Notes: a model not told the origin generated them from the letters alone. A stretch of DNA of 64,000 bases from Candidatus Scatocola faecigallinarum (GCA_018713605.1 DVOM01000024.1:7509-71508), one strand, 5' to 3'. Counted from the first letter of the stretch, positions 1-10,088 are shown. Numbers and translations: made by a program.

Positions 1-765
1 GCTCAACGAACGGTTCATGGCTTTGGTCATGATGTAAGAAAGAATTGCGCCGCTGGCGCCGACAATGGCACCGACGATAATCAGCAGAACATTGTTGAGC
101 GAGAAGCCGATGCCGACGGCCGCCCAGCCGGAGTAAGCATTTAGAACCGATATAACGACAGGCATGTCGGCACCGCCGATGGGCAGAACGAGGAGAAAGC
201 CGAGCAGAACGGACAAGCCGGCCAGAATATAGAAAAGTTCGTGTTTGCCGCTGAAAATAAAGAGCACGCAGAGTGCGACGACGGACAGGCCGAGAACAAG
301 GTTCAGCAATTGTTGTCCGGGGAAGACGACGGCTTTTGGCGACATCAGTCCCTGAAGTTTGGCAAAGGCAATAACCGAACCGGAAAATGCTACGGCGCCG
401 ATGAGCAGGCCGAGCGACGTTTCAAGATAAGTCCGTGAACCGGAAACGATTTCGGCGGCCGCGATGAAAACGGAAGACAAGCCGCCGAGGCCGTTGAATG
501 CGGCAATCATCTGGGGCAGCGCGGTCATTTTCACTTTCAGGGCAAACCAGACGCCGATGACGCCGCCCAGAGCAATGGCGCCAAGCATCCAGGCATATTC
601 GCTTACAGTCGGCGAGTAAACGGTAACCGATATTGCAACGGCCATGCCAAGCATGCCAAGAATATTGCCGCGCCGGGCAGTGTCGGGCGAAGCCAGACCG
701 CGAATCGACAAGATGAACAGAATGCTGGAAAGCAGGTAAGCTGCGGAAACATAAGCGGCGGTCAT
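1..765 (-). CDS. pntB: NAD(P) transhydrogenase subunit beta (PntB), 3' end truncated by the window edge
   Basis: The minus-strand ATG at 765-763 overlaps the pntAB stop by 1 nt. My translation begins [34 protein letters not shown]..., which is typical of the PntB N-terminus. It follows pntAA-pntAB as expected. It is absent from the ORF track because the ORF is open at the window edge. Confidence 0.85.
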   Translation of the reverse strand, partial: MTAAYVSAAYLLSSILFILSIRGLASPDTARRGNILGMLGMAVAISVTVYSPTVSEYAWMLGAIALGGVIGVWFALKVKMTALPQMIAAFNGLGGLSSVFIAAAEIVSGSRTYLETSLGLLIGAVAFSGSVIAFAKLQGLMSPKAVVFPGQQLLNLVLGLSVVALCVLFIFSGKHELFYILAGLSVLLGFLLVLPIGGADMPVVISVLNAYSGWAAVGIGFSLNNVLLIIVGAIVGASGAILSYIMTKAMNRSLS

Positions 766-1067
766 TATTTTTTCTCCCCGGGACGACGGTTTTTCTTCTT
801 GAACATTTCGAGCATGCGCTGTGATACGGCGAAACCGCCGAAAATGTTGATTGAGGCTAAGACGACGGCAATCAGGCCGAGAATTTTGTGCGAACTCATT
901 TCCGGCGTGCCGGCCGTGATCAGTGCGCCGACAATGACGACACCCGAAATGGCGTTGGAAACGCTCATCAGCGGCGAATGCAGAGCCGGCGTAACACCCC
1001 AAACGACAAAGTAGCCGACGAAACAGGCCAGAACCAGTATGGTAAACAGCATCCAGATGTCAATCAT
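765..1067 (-). CDS. pntAB: NAD(P) transhydrogenase subunit alpha part 2 (membrane part)
   Basis: A 100-aa, very hydrophobic protein (3 TM segments) lying between pntAA and pntB. Its start overlaps the pntAA stop (ATGA). Confidence 0.85.
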   Translation of the reverse strand: MIDIWMLFTILVLACFVGYFVVWGVTPALHSPLMSVSNAISGVVIVGALITAGTPEMSSHKILGLIAVVLASINIFGGFAVSQRMLEMFKKKNRRPGEKK

Positions 1068-2182
1068 TTGAGCGCTCCTGTCAGTTGTCCGTCTTTGCAG
1101 ATGCAGGTCTTGGCAACGAGTTCGTCTGCAAAGTCGAAAGTTATGTTTTGGGTTTCGGGGTTGTACATGGCATTTAGAAAATTGAAAACATTTCTGGCAA
1201 ACAACGTGCTGGCCGAGGTAGGAACGCCGGCGGCAAGATTGGAATCGCCGATGACGGTAACGCCGCCGATACGGACGGTTTGGTTGTCTTGGGAACCCTC
1301 GACGTTTCCGCCCGCCGCCGCGGCCATGTCGACGACGACCGAACCTTCGGGCATGTTGCGGAGCATTTCCGCGCTAATCAGCCGCGGCGCCGGTTTGCCG
1401 GGAATCAGCGCGGTCGTGACGGCGAGATCGGTTTTGGCGAGTTGTTCGGCCACGGCTTTCTGCTGGCGTTTTTGATAGGCGGCGGAGGTTTCTCCGGCGT
1501 AACCGCCGTTGTCTTCGAAATTTTCCTCATTTTCGACGTCGACAAAACGGGCGCCGAGAGATTCAACCTGTTCCTTAACCGACGGCCGGACGTCCGCGGC
1601 ATATACCTGCGCGCCGAGACGTTTGGCTGTGGCAATGGCCTGAAGCCCGGCAACGCCGGCGCCTAAAATCAGAACTCTGGCCGGCGGTACAGTGCCGGCG
1701 GCGGTCATCATCATCGGCAAAGCCCTGTCAAGCATATTGACGCCTTTCAACACGGCCTTGTAACCGGCCAGATTGCTTTGTGATGTTAAGATGTCCATGC
1801 TTTGGGCGCGGGAAATGCGCGGTATCAGTTCCAAGGCAAAACAGGTTGTCTGCCGGGCGGCGAAAACGGCGGCGCGTTCACGGTTGTCAAGCGCCTGAAA
1901 GTTGGCAACGATTGTCTGGCCGGGGAAAAGGTACGCATCTTCTTCCGGCTGCGGCGCCCAGATTTTAAGAATTAAACCGGCACCTTTCCAAAGCGCGGCC
2001 GTATCTGCGACAATTTCGGCTCCGGCCTGCCGATAGGTTTCGTCAGGGAACCCGGACAGCCGGCCGGCGTTTTGCTCAACGCGCACGGCAAAGCCGAGGG
2101 AAACGTATCGGCGAACGGTTTCCGGCGTTGCGGCAACACGGGTTTCTCCGTTGCGGCGTTCCCGGGGAATGGAAATAATCAT
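1064..2182 (-). CDS. pntAA: NAD(P) transhydrogenase subunit alpha part 1 (Ala-dehydrogenase/PNT fold)
   Basis: 372 aa. It has the Rossmann motif [13 protein letters not shown] and the N-terminus [17 protein letters not shown] typical of PntAA. It forms an operon with pntAB and pntB. Confidence 0.9.
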   Translation of the reverse strand: MIISIPRERRNGETRVAATPETVRRYVSLGFAVRVEQNAGRLSGFPDETYRQAGAEIVADTAALWKGAGLILKIWAPQPEEDAYLFPGQTIVANFQALDNRERAAVFAARQTTCFALELIPRISRAQSMDILTSQSNLAGYKAVLKGVNMLDRALPMMMTAAGTVPPARVLILGAGVAGLQAIATAKRLGAQVYAADVRPSVKEQVESLGARFVDVENEENFEDNGGYAGETSAAYQKRQQKAVAEQLAKTDLAVTTALIPGKPAPRLISAEMLRNMPEGSVVVDMAAAAGGNVEGSQDNQTVRIGGVTVIGDSNLAAGVPTSASTLFARNVFNFLNAMYNPETQNITFDFADELVAKTCICKDGQLTGALK

Positions 2183-2278
2183 TATGGTCTCCGTTGTTTT
2201 TAACGATATTGAAAGCTTATCTTACTATATAGGTTTTAGACAAACTGTTTTAAACTCATTCACAGGGAAAGATGCGAA

Positions 2279-2815
2279 ATGGCCGGTTATTGGAATTTGT
2301 TTTGGACGTTTTTCCGCGTCGGACTGTTTACGTTCGGCGGCGGTGCGGCAATGCTGCCGCTGCTTCGTGCCGAGGTGGCGGAAAAGAACCGGTGGGTAAC
2401 CGATGAAGAACTGCTGGACTATTATTCTATCGGGCAATGCACGCCGGGAATTATTGCCATTAATACCGCGACTTTTGTCGGTTATAAGCTGCGCGGCGTG
2501 ATCGGAGCGGTGCTGACGACTTTTGGCGTGGTGGCGCCCTCGATAATCATCATTACGCTGATTGCTGCGGTTTTGCAGAATTTTATGTATGATTCTCATG
2601 TGACGCAGGCTTTTGCCGGAATTCGAATCGTGGTCGTGGCGCTGGTGGCGGAAGCTGTCGTTGAACTTTGGAAGAAAGGCGTTCATGGCCGAATCGGTCT
2701 GGCTGTTTTCGTGTTGAGCCTTTTCCTGCTGGTTTTTCTGCATTTTAGTCCGATTGCCGTTATTTTGACAGCTTCGGTAATCGGGCCGGCTTATTTAAAA
2801 TGGGTGCGCAAATGA
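2279..2815 (+). CDS. Short-chain chromate transporter (CHR family), first of a pair
   Basis: 178 aa with the motif FFRVGLFTFGGGAAMLP and multiple TM segments. It is paired with a second half-size CHR gene. Confidence 0.8.
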   Translation: MAGYWNLFWTFFRVGLFTFGGGAAMLPLLRAEVAEKNRWVTDEELLDYYSIGQCTPGIIAINTATFVGYKLRGVIGAVLTTFGVVAPSIIIITLIAAVLQNFMYDSHVTQAFAGIRIVVVALVAEAVVELWKKGVHGRIGLAVFVLSLFLLVFLHFSPIAVILTASVIGPAYLKWVRK

Positions 2816-3333
2816 TTTATCTGGTTTTGTTTTGGGAGTTTTGCAAAATCGGGCTGCTGGCTATCGGTGGCGGTTTGGTAACCATACCCTTTCTGATGGA
2901 ACTGACCGATAAATATGACTGGTTCAGCAAACAGCAGCTGGCCGATATGATTGCGGTTTCCGAATCGACGCCGGGTCCCATAGGGGTTAATATGGCAACA
3001 TATGGTGGTTTTAACGCCGCGGGCATCTGGGGCGGTTTGGCGGCGACTTTGGGGTTGGTGTTTCCGTCTCTGGTCGTTATTGTTCTTATCAGCAAATATG
3101 TAATGAAGTATCAGAGCTGTCTGACTTTTCAGAATATTCTGCTCGGCATTCGTCCGGCGGTTCTGGCGCTGATTTTATATGCAGGTTATATTCTGGCCGA
3201 GCTGGCGATAACCGACATTAAAACCGGCGTCATCGCTTTGGCGTCGTTTGCCGTTGTGCACCGCTGGCACAAGCTGCATCCGGTCATTTTCATTCTGGGC
3301 GGCGCGGCCGCGGGAATTGTGTTTCGGCTGTAA
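2800..3333 (+). CDS. Short-chain chromate transporter (CHR family), second of a pair
   Basis: 177 aa with the motif FCKIGLLAIGGGLVTIP. The start is ambiguous: ATG at 2800, or ATG at 2812 forming an ATGA overlap with the upstream stop. Confidence 0.8.
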   Translation: MGAQMIYLVLFWEFCKIGLLAIGGGLVTIPFLMELTDKYDWFSKQQLADMIAVSESTPGPIGVNMATYGGFNAAGIWGGLAATLGLVFPSLVVIVLISKYVMKYQSCLTFQNILLGIRPAVLALILYAGYILAELAITDIKTGVIALASFAVVHRWHKLHPVIFILGGAAAGIVFRL

Positions 3334-3364
3334 AAAAAAGCCTCTCTGCAGAGAGGCTTTTTTT
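3332..3364. terminator. Bidirectional rho-independent terminator
   Basis: Hairpin GCCTCTC-TGCA-GAGAGGC flanked by an A-run and a T-run, between convergent genes. Confidence 0.8.
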
Positions 3365-3366
3365 AG

Positions 3367-3609
3367 CTAGATTTCCAAGGCTTTGCGGTAGGTTTCCAGG
3401 AGAAGTTCCTTTTCGTCGCGGTCGGCGGCGTCCATTTTGCGGAGTTTGAGAATTTCTCGCATGACCTTTACGTCGAAGCCGGCGGATTTGGCTTCGGCAA
3501 AAATGTCGCGGATGTCTCCGGCGATGGCTTTCTTTTCTTCTTCCAAGCGTTCAATGCGTTCAATCAGGGAACGCAGTCTGTCTACGGCAATGCCGCCAAC
3601 TTCAGTCAT
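3367..3609 (-). CDS. Small conserved alphaproteobacterial protein (DUF2312/UPF0335-like)
   Basis: 80 aa, MTEVGGIAVDRLRSLIERIERLEEEKKAIAGDIRDIFAEAKSAGFDVKVMREILKLRKMD... The GGAGAAAG SD precedes the ATG at 3609. The longer ORF-track start lacks an SD. Confidence 0.75.
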   Translation of the reverse strand: MTEVGGIAVDRLRSLIERIERLEEEKKAIAGDIRDIFAEAKSAGFDVKVMREILKLRKMDAADRDEKELLLETYRKALEI

Positions 3610-3773
3610 TTTCTTTCTCCTGTTAATAAAATCAATTGCATTGAAACTAGCAAAATCTCCGCTTTTTGACAAGTAATAATTTGTTCAAATCTTATTTAAA
3701 AGTAATATCTTTTTTAATATATCTTTGCTATTATCCGGCTCATAAAAAAGCTTAATAGATAAGGAAACAAAAA

Positions 3774-5198
3774 ATGCCACAGAAAACACATACGAAAATT
3801 TTGGCGACAATCGGTCCGTCTTCGGCTTCCAAAGAACAAATCGAAAAGTTAATCGATGCGGGCTGCGATGCTTTCCGCTTCAACTTCAGCCATGGCACTC
3901 ATGCCGAGCACAAAGAGCGTTTTGAAATCGTGCGCAAGCTTTCCAAGGAAAAGAACCGCCATATTACTCTGGTGGCGGACATGCAGGGGCCGAAGCTGCG
4001 CGTCGGCGAGTTTCGCGACGGCAGCGTTATGCTGAAAGAGGGGCAGAAATTTGTGCTGGACATGGAGCATGAACCGGGAGACGAAAGCCGTGTCGAACTG
4101 CCGCACAAGGAAATTTTCGAAGCGCTGAAAGCCGGCGAAAAGCTGTTGCTGAACGACGGCAATATTGCGCTGCTGGTTAAGGAATGCGGCAAAAACCGCG
4201 CCGTGACCGAAGTCTTGGTCGGCGGTCCGCTTTCCGGGCATAAGGGTGTCAATCTGCCCAACATAAAGCTGCCGATTTCAGCGATTACCGAAAAAGATCG
4301 CAATGATTTGGAATTTGCGTTGAAGCTCGGCTTTGACTGGATAAGCCTTTCTTTTGTGCAGTCGGCCAACGATGTGCGCGAAGCCCGCGAACTTATCGGT
4401 GACCGGGCTTGGATTATTTCCAAGCTTGAGAAGCCGAGCGCGATTGACGATTTGGAAGAGATTATCAAGCTTTCCGACGGTATTATGGTTGCCCGCGGCG
4501 ATTTGGGCGTTGAATGTCCGCTGCCGACGGTGCCGGTTTTGCAAAAGCGAATCGTCACGGCTTGTCGCAAATATGCGCGTCCGGTCATTATTGCGACCCA
4601 GATGCTGGAATCGATGATTAAGGCGCCGACCCCGACCCGTGCCGAGGTTTCGGATGTGGCAACCGCGGTTTATGACGGTGCCGATACGGTTATGCTCTCG
4701 GCAGAAACGGCGGCCGGCGCATATCCGGTTGAAGCGGTCAAAATGATGAATTCGGTCATTACGCAGGTTGAGTCCGACCCGTTGTTTTTTAAGCTGATGG
4801 AAAATTCGCGTTTGAACAACTGCTGTTCGGGCGAAGCGGATTCGATTACTTTTGCGGCCAGCGACATTTCGTCTATTTTGAAGAAGGTCGCCTGTATCGT
4901 AACCTATACGTCTTCGGGACTGACGACGTTTTTGACCGCGCGCGAGCGTCCGAATCTGCCGATATTGGCGATTACGTCCGAACCGAAGGTTGCCGACCGT
5001 TTGGGAATTGTCTGGGGAGCCAAGAGCTTTGTGAACAAAGAGAGTTTCAAAAGCTTTGACAAGATTGAGGATATTGCGGTTAAAATCGCGGTGGAAAACG
5101 GTTTTGCCCGGTCCGGCGACCATATTATCATCACGGCCGGTTTTCCGCTCGGCAAAAAAGGGCGTACAAACATGCTGCATACGGTTTATGTGGAATAA
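3774..5198 (+). CDS. pyk: Pyruvate kinase
   Basis: 474 aa with TKILATIGPSS, MVARGDLGVE and MLSAETAAG motifs. The SD is AAGGAA. Confidence 0.95.
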   Translation: MPQKTHTKILATIGPSSASKEQIEKLIDAGCDAFRFNFSHGTHAEHKERFEIVRKLSKEKNRHITLVADMQGPKLRVGEFRDGSVMLKEGQKFVLDMEHEPGDESRVELPHKEIFEALKAGEKLLLNDGNIALLVKECGKNRAVTEVLVGGPLSGHKGVNLPNIKLPISAITEKDRNDLEFALKLGFDWISLSFVQSANDVREARELIGDRAWIISKLEKPSAIDDLEEIIKLSDGIMVARGDLGVECPLPTVPVLQKRIVTACRKYARPVIIATQMLESMIKAPTPTRAEVSDVATAVYDGADTVMLSAETAAGAYPVEAVKMMNSVITQVESDPLFFKLMENSRLNNCCSGEADSITFAASDISSILKKVACIVTYTSSGLTTFLTARERPNLPILAITSEPKVADRLGIVWGAKSFVNKESFKSFDKIEDIAVKIAVENGFARSGDHIIITAGFPLGKKGRTNMLHTVYVE

Positions 5199-5220
5199 GA
5201 GACCAAGTTGTCTTTGCAGA

Positions 5221-5246
5221 AAAAGCGCCGAATTCGGCGCTTTTTG
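5221..5246 (+). terminator. Rho-independent terminator of pyk
   Basis: AAAAGCGCCGAATTCGGCGCTTTTT. Confidence 0.8.
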
Positions 5247-5299
5247 TCTGGCAGCGGCAAAAAGGGTTTTCATACTTGTATGTCGGTTAGGTGCCGCAT

Positions 5300-5331
5300 A
5301 AAAAAACCTGCTTGATTCAAGCAGGTTTTTA
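5300..5331 (-). terminator. Rho-independent terminator downstream of rpmJ
   Basis: Hairpin AACCTGCTTGATTCAAGCAGGTT with flanking A/T runs. Confidence 0.75.
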
Positions 5332-5354
5332 ACTTTTCAAAAATCTCATCCGAA

Positions 5355-5480
5355 TTAACCCTGGCGAGCCTTCAGCTTCGGGTTCTTCTTGTTGATGACA
5401 TAGACGCGGCCTTTGCGGCGGACAATCTTGCAGTCCTTATCGCGTACTTTTTTTGATTTTAAAGAGCTATAAATTTTCAT
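5355..5480 (-). CDS. rpmJ: 50S ribosomal protein L36 (YkgO-type)
   Basis: Hand translation gives 41 aa: [41 protein letters not shown]. This is a close match to the alphaproteobacterial bL36 pattern. It is too short for the ORF track. Confidence 0.85.
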   Translation of the reverse strand: MKIYSSLKSKKVRDKDCKIVRRKGRVYVINKKNPKLKARQG

Positions 5481-5535
5481 TTTAAACAATCCTTTTATCT
5501 TTGACTTGTCCGCAAAATATGCTAAATGATACTAA

Positions 5536-6222
5536 ATGTCAATGAGAAAATTGCTGGATAGTGAGGAAAAAGTGAAATATTCGGGCTTTTGGGCGGTTAT
5601 CGGCATGTTCTGGGCGTTTTCGGCGCAGGCGCAGATGCCTTATCTGGACGAAGTGAAGGCGCTGGGAGCCGTGGCCGGGCAGGGAATGGCCTGCGGCGCT
5701 TCCAAATACGACACTTTCGAACTGCTGGCCCGGGCGATTCTCATTTCCAAGGCCCCGAGCGACAAAATGCAGTCGGAAGCGGTTTATACCTATAACGAGG
5801 CTAAAGCCAACGCTTATATCTCCAAGCAGATGGACGGTTTTTTCGAATGTGACGTGATTAACCGCCGTTTTGACAATCAGGACATTTTCAAAGCCACGCT
5901 TTACAGGGACGGAACGATTAAAATGCCGGACGGTACGCTGGTAACGCCGCGGCAGCCCTATGACGCGACCTTGGTTTACAATAAGGACGCGGATGTTGAC
6001 GCCGAAGCGATTTATAACGGCGGCGGCCGGCAGAATGTCGGCGAAATCAGAATAAAACAGGAGGGAAGCTCGTCGGAAGTCAAAGCCGTTTATCAGCCGT
6101 CGTCGGCTGAAATTGCCGCGCCGGCAGCCGTTTCGGAACGTCCGGCTGAGGTACGCCGGACGGAACCGGCGGAGGACGCCGGTATCGGCCATATTAAAAG
6201 CCGGTGGAAAACTAATCGTTAA
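5536..6222 (+). CDS. Hypothetical secreted protein
   Basis: 228 aa with an N-terminal signal-like segment (GFWAVIGMFWAFSAQAQ). I recognise no family. Confidence 0.5.
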   Translation: MSMRKLLDSEEKVKYSGFWAVIGMFWAFSAQAQMPYLDEVKALGAVAGQGMACGASKYDTFELLARAILISKAPSDKMQSEAVYTYNEAKANAYISKQMDGFFECDVINRRFDNQDIFKATLYRDGTIKMPDGTLVTPRQPYDATLVYNKDADVDAEAIYNGGGRQNVGEIRIKQEGSSSEVKAVYQPSSAEIAAPAAVSERPAEVRRTEPAEDAGIGHIKSRWKTNR

Positions 6223-6934
6223 ACCAACCCCGGTCAGCCAGAAAAGAATAAAAACCGCCGCTGTCGAAAGATACGGCGCGTTTTTGGTCACGGTTGTCAA
6301 GCAGCCGTAAAATCCGGCGGCGGGTTTTTTCGGAAGGGCACCAGTTTTCGATCAGGGGCATATTGTCGGGGCCGCGTCGGCCGGTGCGTCTTTCGACGAG
6401 CTGGGAAAAACGGCGTTTTTCTTCGTTCAGGCGGTCGTTGTCCGCGCCTTCGGCACGGCTGAATTCGATAATGTCTTCCGGCGGAAAGCCGGAGCAGGCA
6501 CCCGAAATGACCGCGACATAGCTTCTGACCCGAGAGGGCGAAACGCGGGCTTCTTTCAGTTCGGGATTGAGGTCAACCAGTTCCTGATACATTCTGCGGA
6601 CGGCAAAAAGACTTTGCGGCTTGGTTTTCTGCAAGTCGGCGGCCAGAGTGTCGGTGCCCGGATTCATTCCGCGTTCGATGACTTCGTATATACGCATCGG
6701 CTTCATAAGCGCTTCGTATTCAAGCGGGTTCATGTCTTCGGGAAATTTGTAATTGTGATAAATGCCCCGCAGTCCGGAGGCCTTTTCAAAGCGTTTGACC
6801 GGCGAATAGTTCCGGTAGTCCAGACAGGCATAAAGCGCCGCCAGTTCGTTTCGGCGTTCTTCGGGAACGGCAGCATAGATTTCCTTTTGAACGGCCAGGC
6901 TTTGTTCTTTTCTGAAAGGACGGCGGTTTTCCAT
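6212..6934 (-). CDS. Hypothetical protein
   Basis: A 240-aa ORF convergent with 5536..6222, overlapping it by 11 nt. Coding-like composition. No family recognised. Confidence 0.5.
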   Translation of the reverse strand: MENRRPFRKEQSLAVQKEIYAAVPEERRNELAALYACLDYRNYSPVKRFEKASGLRGIYHNYKFPEDMNPLEYEALMKPMRIYEVIERGMNPGTDTLAADLQKTKPQSLFAVRRMYQELVDLNPELKEARVSPSRVRSYVAVISGACSGFPPEDIIEFSRAEGADNDRLNEEKRRFSQLVERRTGRRGPDNMPLIENWCPSEKTRRRILRLLDNRDQKRAVSFDSGGFYSFLADRGWFND

Positions 6935-7041
6935 GTTTTTCTCCGTGGCTGTAAAGGTAATTATAGATTGAAAATATTAAGATTGCAACTTGATAAATTT
7001 CCGTTATACTCGGGGCAAACATTTAATTTCAGGAGTATAAA

Positions 7042-8721
7042 ATGGCATCATATCAGTATATTTTCGTTATGCAGAATTTAACCAAGGTTTTTCCGGGCGG
7101 CAGGGAACTGTTCAAGGGAATTACGCTGTCGTTTCTGCCGGGCGCCAAAATCGGCGTGCTGGGCGTGAACGGCGCCGGTAAATCTACATTGCTGAAAATT
7201 ATGGCCGGTGTGGACAAGGAGTTTAACGGCGAGGCCTGGGCGGCCGACGGCGTTAAGGTCGGTTATCTGGAGCAGGAGCCGAAACTGGATCCAAACAAAA
7301 ACGTTATGGAAAACATTATGGACGGACTGGGCGAAACCCGTGACCTGCTGAAACGTTTTGAGGAAGTTTCTGCCAAGTTTGCCGAGCCGATGAGCGATGA
7401 CGAAATGAATGCCCTGATAGAAGAGCAGGCCGCTTTGTCGGAAAAAATCGATGCCTGTGACGGTTGGAATTTTGAACGAACCATTCAGATTGCAATGGAC
7501 GCTTTGCGTTGTCCGCCGGCCGATGCCGACGTTACCAAACTTTCCGGAGGCGAAAAACGCCGCGTGGCTCTGTGCCGTCTGCTGTTGCAGAAACCTGACA
7601 TGCTGCTTTTGGACGAGCCGACCAACCATTTGGACGCCGAATCGGTGGCCTGGCTGGAAAATCATCTTAAAGAATATAAGGGAACCGTGGTTATGGTTAC
7701 GCACGACCGCTACTTCCTGGACAATGTTACCGGCTGGATATTGGAGCTTGACCGCGGTCAGGGCATTCCTTATGAGGGGAATTATTCGTCCTGGCTGGAA
7801 CAGAAGCAGAAACGTTTGGAACAGGAAGCCCGTGAGGAAACCGCGCGTCAGAAAACGCTGGCCAACGAGCTGGAATGGATTCACAAAAATCCGAAAGCGC
7901 GTCAGGCGAAGTCCAAAGCGCGCATCAATGCCTATGACGAGTTGCTGAACGCGGCGACCAAAGACAAAATCACGCAGGCGCACATCAATATTCCGATGAC
8001 CGACAGGCTCGGCGATTTGGTTATTGAAGCCAACAACATTTCCAAAGGTTATGGCGACCGTCTGCTGATTGATAATCTGTCCTTCAAGATTCCGAAGGGT
8101 GCGATTGTCGGTATTATCGGTCCGAACGGCGCCGGCAAGACCACTTTGTTCCGCATGATTACCGGTCAGGAAAAACCGGATGCCGGCGAAATCAGAATCG
8201 GCGAGACGGTTGACCTCGGTTATGTCGATCAGAGCCGCGACGAGCTGGATCCGAACAAAAACGTCTGGGAGGAAATTTCTGACGGTCTGGACATGATACA
8301 GCTCGGCAAAAAGGAAATGCCGTCGCGCGCTTATGTCGGACAGTTCAATTTTAAGGGCGGCGACCAACAGAAAAAAGTCGGGCAGCTTTCCGGCGGCGAA
8401 CGCAACCGCGTACATTTGGCCAAAATGCTTAAAAAAGGCGCCAATGTCATTCTGCTGGACGAGCCGACCAATGATCTTGACGTCGATACGCTGCGTTCTC
8501 TGGAAGAAGGCATTATGGAATATCCGGGCTGCGTGCTGGTTACGTCCCATGACCGCTGGTTCCTGGACCGTCTGGCAACACATATTCTTGCTTATGAGGG
8601 CGACAGTCAGGTCGTATGGTTTGAAGGAAACTTTGAGGAATACGAAAAAGACAAGAAACGCCGTCTCGGCGACGATGCCCTGGTACCGCATGCCATTAAG
8701 TACAGGAAACTTACCCGCTAG
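7042..8721 (+). CDS. ettA: Energy-dependent translational throttle ABC-F ATPase EttA
   Basis: 559 aa with two ABC cassettes ([24 protein letters not shown]; [16 protein letters not shown]). The N-terminus [18 protein letters not shown] is typical of EttA. Confidence 0.92.
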   Translation: MASYQYIFVMQNLTKVFPGGRELFKGITLSFLPGAKIGVLGVNGAGKSTLLKIMAGVDKEFNGEAWAADGVKVGYLEQEPKLDPNKNVMENIMDGLGETRDLLKRFEEVSAKFAEPMSDDEMNALIEEQAALSEKIDACDGWNFERTIQIAMDALRCPPADADVTKLSGGEKRRVALCRLLLQKPDMLLLDEPTNHLDAESVAWLENHLKEYKGTVVMVTHDRYFLDNVTGWILELDRGQGIPYEGNYSSWLEQKQKRLEQEAREETARQKTLANELEWIHKNPKARQAKSKARINAYDELLNAATKDKITQAHINIPMTDRLGDLVIEANNISKGYGDRLLIDNLSFKIPKGAIVGIIGPNGAGKTTLFRMITGQEKPDAGEIRIGETVDLGYVDQSRDELDPNKNVWEEISDGLDMIQLGKKEMPSRAYVGQFNFKGGDQQKKVGQLSGGERNRVHLAKMLKKGANVILLDEPTNDLDVDTLRSLEEGIMEYPGCVLVTSHDRWFLDRLATHILAYEGDSQVVWFEGNFEEYEKDKKRRLGDDALVPHAIKYRKLTR

Positions 8722-8723
8722 GG

Positions 8724-8806
8724 AAACCCTCGTATAACGGGGAAATGATACAGGATTAGCAGGTAAAATAAATCCTTATTATTTTCCCCGTTCTCCGAGG
8801 TTTTTT
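8724..8806 (+). terminator. Long imperfect hairpin plus T-run terminating ettA. Its 5' half is a copy of the stop-proximal repeat motif.
   Basis: CCTCG/CGAGG, AACGGGGAAA/TTTCCCCGTT and AGGATT/AATCCT pairings, followed by TTTTTT. Confidence 0.7.
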
Positions 8807-8938
8807 ATTTGGTATTTTAAAATTTAAAACTTTTTGTCAGTTTAAACTCTTTGACGGCGGATTATATGATTCTTCGGTTTCGGTCTTTGGGGCGGAACGA
8901 TTTAACACTTGTGTTTAATAATTTGCGAGGAATCTACA

Positions 8939-9145
8939 ATGCTAAGAGGTACGGTTAAGTGGTTTAACAACAAAAAAGGTTATGGTTTTATTAATCCCGA
9001 CGGCGAAGAAAAAGACGTGTTTGTTCATATTACGGCATTGGAAAAGTCCGGACTGCGCAGTTTGTCCGAAGGTTCGCGGGTCAATTTTGACATTTATGAC
9101 GACCGCGGCCGCAAGGCTGCCGGCAACATTACCCTTTTGAATTAA
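8939..9145 (+). CDS. cspA: Cold-shock protein (CspA family)
   Basis: 68 aa, MLRGTVKWFNNKKGYGFINPDGEEKDVFVHITAL (RNP1/RNP2 motifs). The ATG at 8939 is the internal start of the ORF-track ORF. Confidence 0.9.
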   Translation: MLRGTVKWFNNKKGYGFINPDGEEKDVFVHITALEKSGLRSLSEGSRVNFDIYDDRGRKAAGNITLLN

Positions 9146-9164
9146 CTGTTCGGATGGGTAAGAC

Positions 9165-9190
9165 AAACCCCGCTTTGAGCGGGGTTTTAT
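9165..9190. terminator. Rho-independent terminator between cspA and the convergent gene
   Basis: CCCCGC-TTTGA-GCGGGG followed by TTTT. Confidence 0.75.
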
Positions 9191-10002
9191 TTATATTCCC
9201 ATTCTTCGTAGGCCTGCCTGCGGCGGTATTCGGGATTAAACTGCAGCGTCTTCTGATAAGCGGAGAAGAAGCGGGTGCATTTTTCCAGAGCCTGTGCGGC
9301 CTTGTTGTCATTGCCGATTTGAGAATGAATGCCGTATAATGCGTTGTAAGTCTGGTTCTTTGCCAAAAAGCGCTGGCTGCGGCTCCAGCCGCTGTTGTCT
9401 ATCAGGTAGATTTTTTCTTCGTTAAGGCGGATTTTTTCTGCGGCGGATTTTATTTTTTTCAGTTCTTCGTTAATGGTTCGAATACCTTCCGTACTGATTT
9501 GCCTTTTGATTTCTTCGGCATAGTTTGGAGCCGGCAGCGGATTCTTTTTGTTTTTGAGCATACGGTTGAGCAAGCGCACTTTGTCGACGGCCTTGGGGTG
9601 TTCGTTCAGTTTGTAGCGAAAATGCTCATAACCGCCGAGATGGTAAATTTGTTCCATTTTGCGGATGGCAAACCAGAGGTTTTTGTTGTCCAGACAGGGG
9701 AGCGTACGGTCCAATTGTCCGATGACTGCACCTGCCTGCCGGCAATTGTAGTTGTGAATGTCGCGGATATGGCGAAAAGTGCTTTCTATTCTCAGCATTT
9801 CGCCGACGACCGGAGGCGTGACCTTATTGGCAATGCGCGAATCGATAATCTGCCTGAGTTCTGAGATGGAGAGTTTCGCGGTTTCCGGGGGCAGGCCGGC
9901 AGTTTGAACAATGTCCCGGCGGGATTCGTAAAAGCGGTATTCGCGGCACAGTGCGGCCGTACGGTTAAGGATGAGTTTGTCCTGCATGCTGTATTCGGCC
10001 AT
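9187..10002 (-). CDS. Hypothetical protein
   Basis: A 271-aa ORF. No signal peptide and no recognisable family. Confidence 0.5.
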   Translation of the reverse strand: MAEYSMQDKLILNRTAALCREYRFYESRRDIVQTAGLPPETAKLSISELRQIIDSRIANKVTPPVVGEMLRIESTFRHIRDIHNYNCRQAGAVIGQLDRTLPCLDNKNLWFAIRKMEQIYHLGGYEHFRYKLNEHPKAVDKVRLLNRMLKNKKNPLPAPNYAEEIKRQISTEGIRTINEELKKIKSAAEKIRLNEEKIYLIDNSGWSRSQRFLAKNQTYNALYGIHSQIGNDNKAAQALEKCTRFFSAYQKTLQFNPEYRRRQAYEEWEYK

Positions 10003-10088
10003 TGTTCCGTTCCTGTTCAGAAAAGACTATGACCTTATCTTAGTTTATATTTTCTTAAAAAGCAACATTTTTGTATAAAATTTGTCCA

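Noticed and set aside
2279-3333. The split chromate transporter as a pseudogene (frameshifted chrA)
   Set aside because: Both halves are intact ~177-aa ORFs, each with its own GGG-containing CHR motif, and they share an ATGA-type junction. This matches the known short-chain CHR gene-pair arrangement and not a disrupted long chrA.
7078-8691. A 537-aa ORF antisense to ettA
   Set aside because: It is a shadow ORF on the opposite strand of a confidently identified ABC-F gene. Its product is Arg/Gln/Phe-rich and low in complexity, with no motifs. Such ORFs are typical of GC-rich coding regions.
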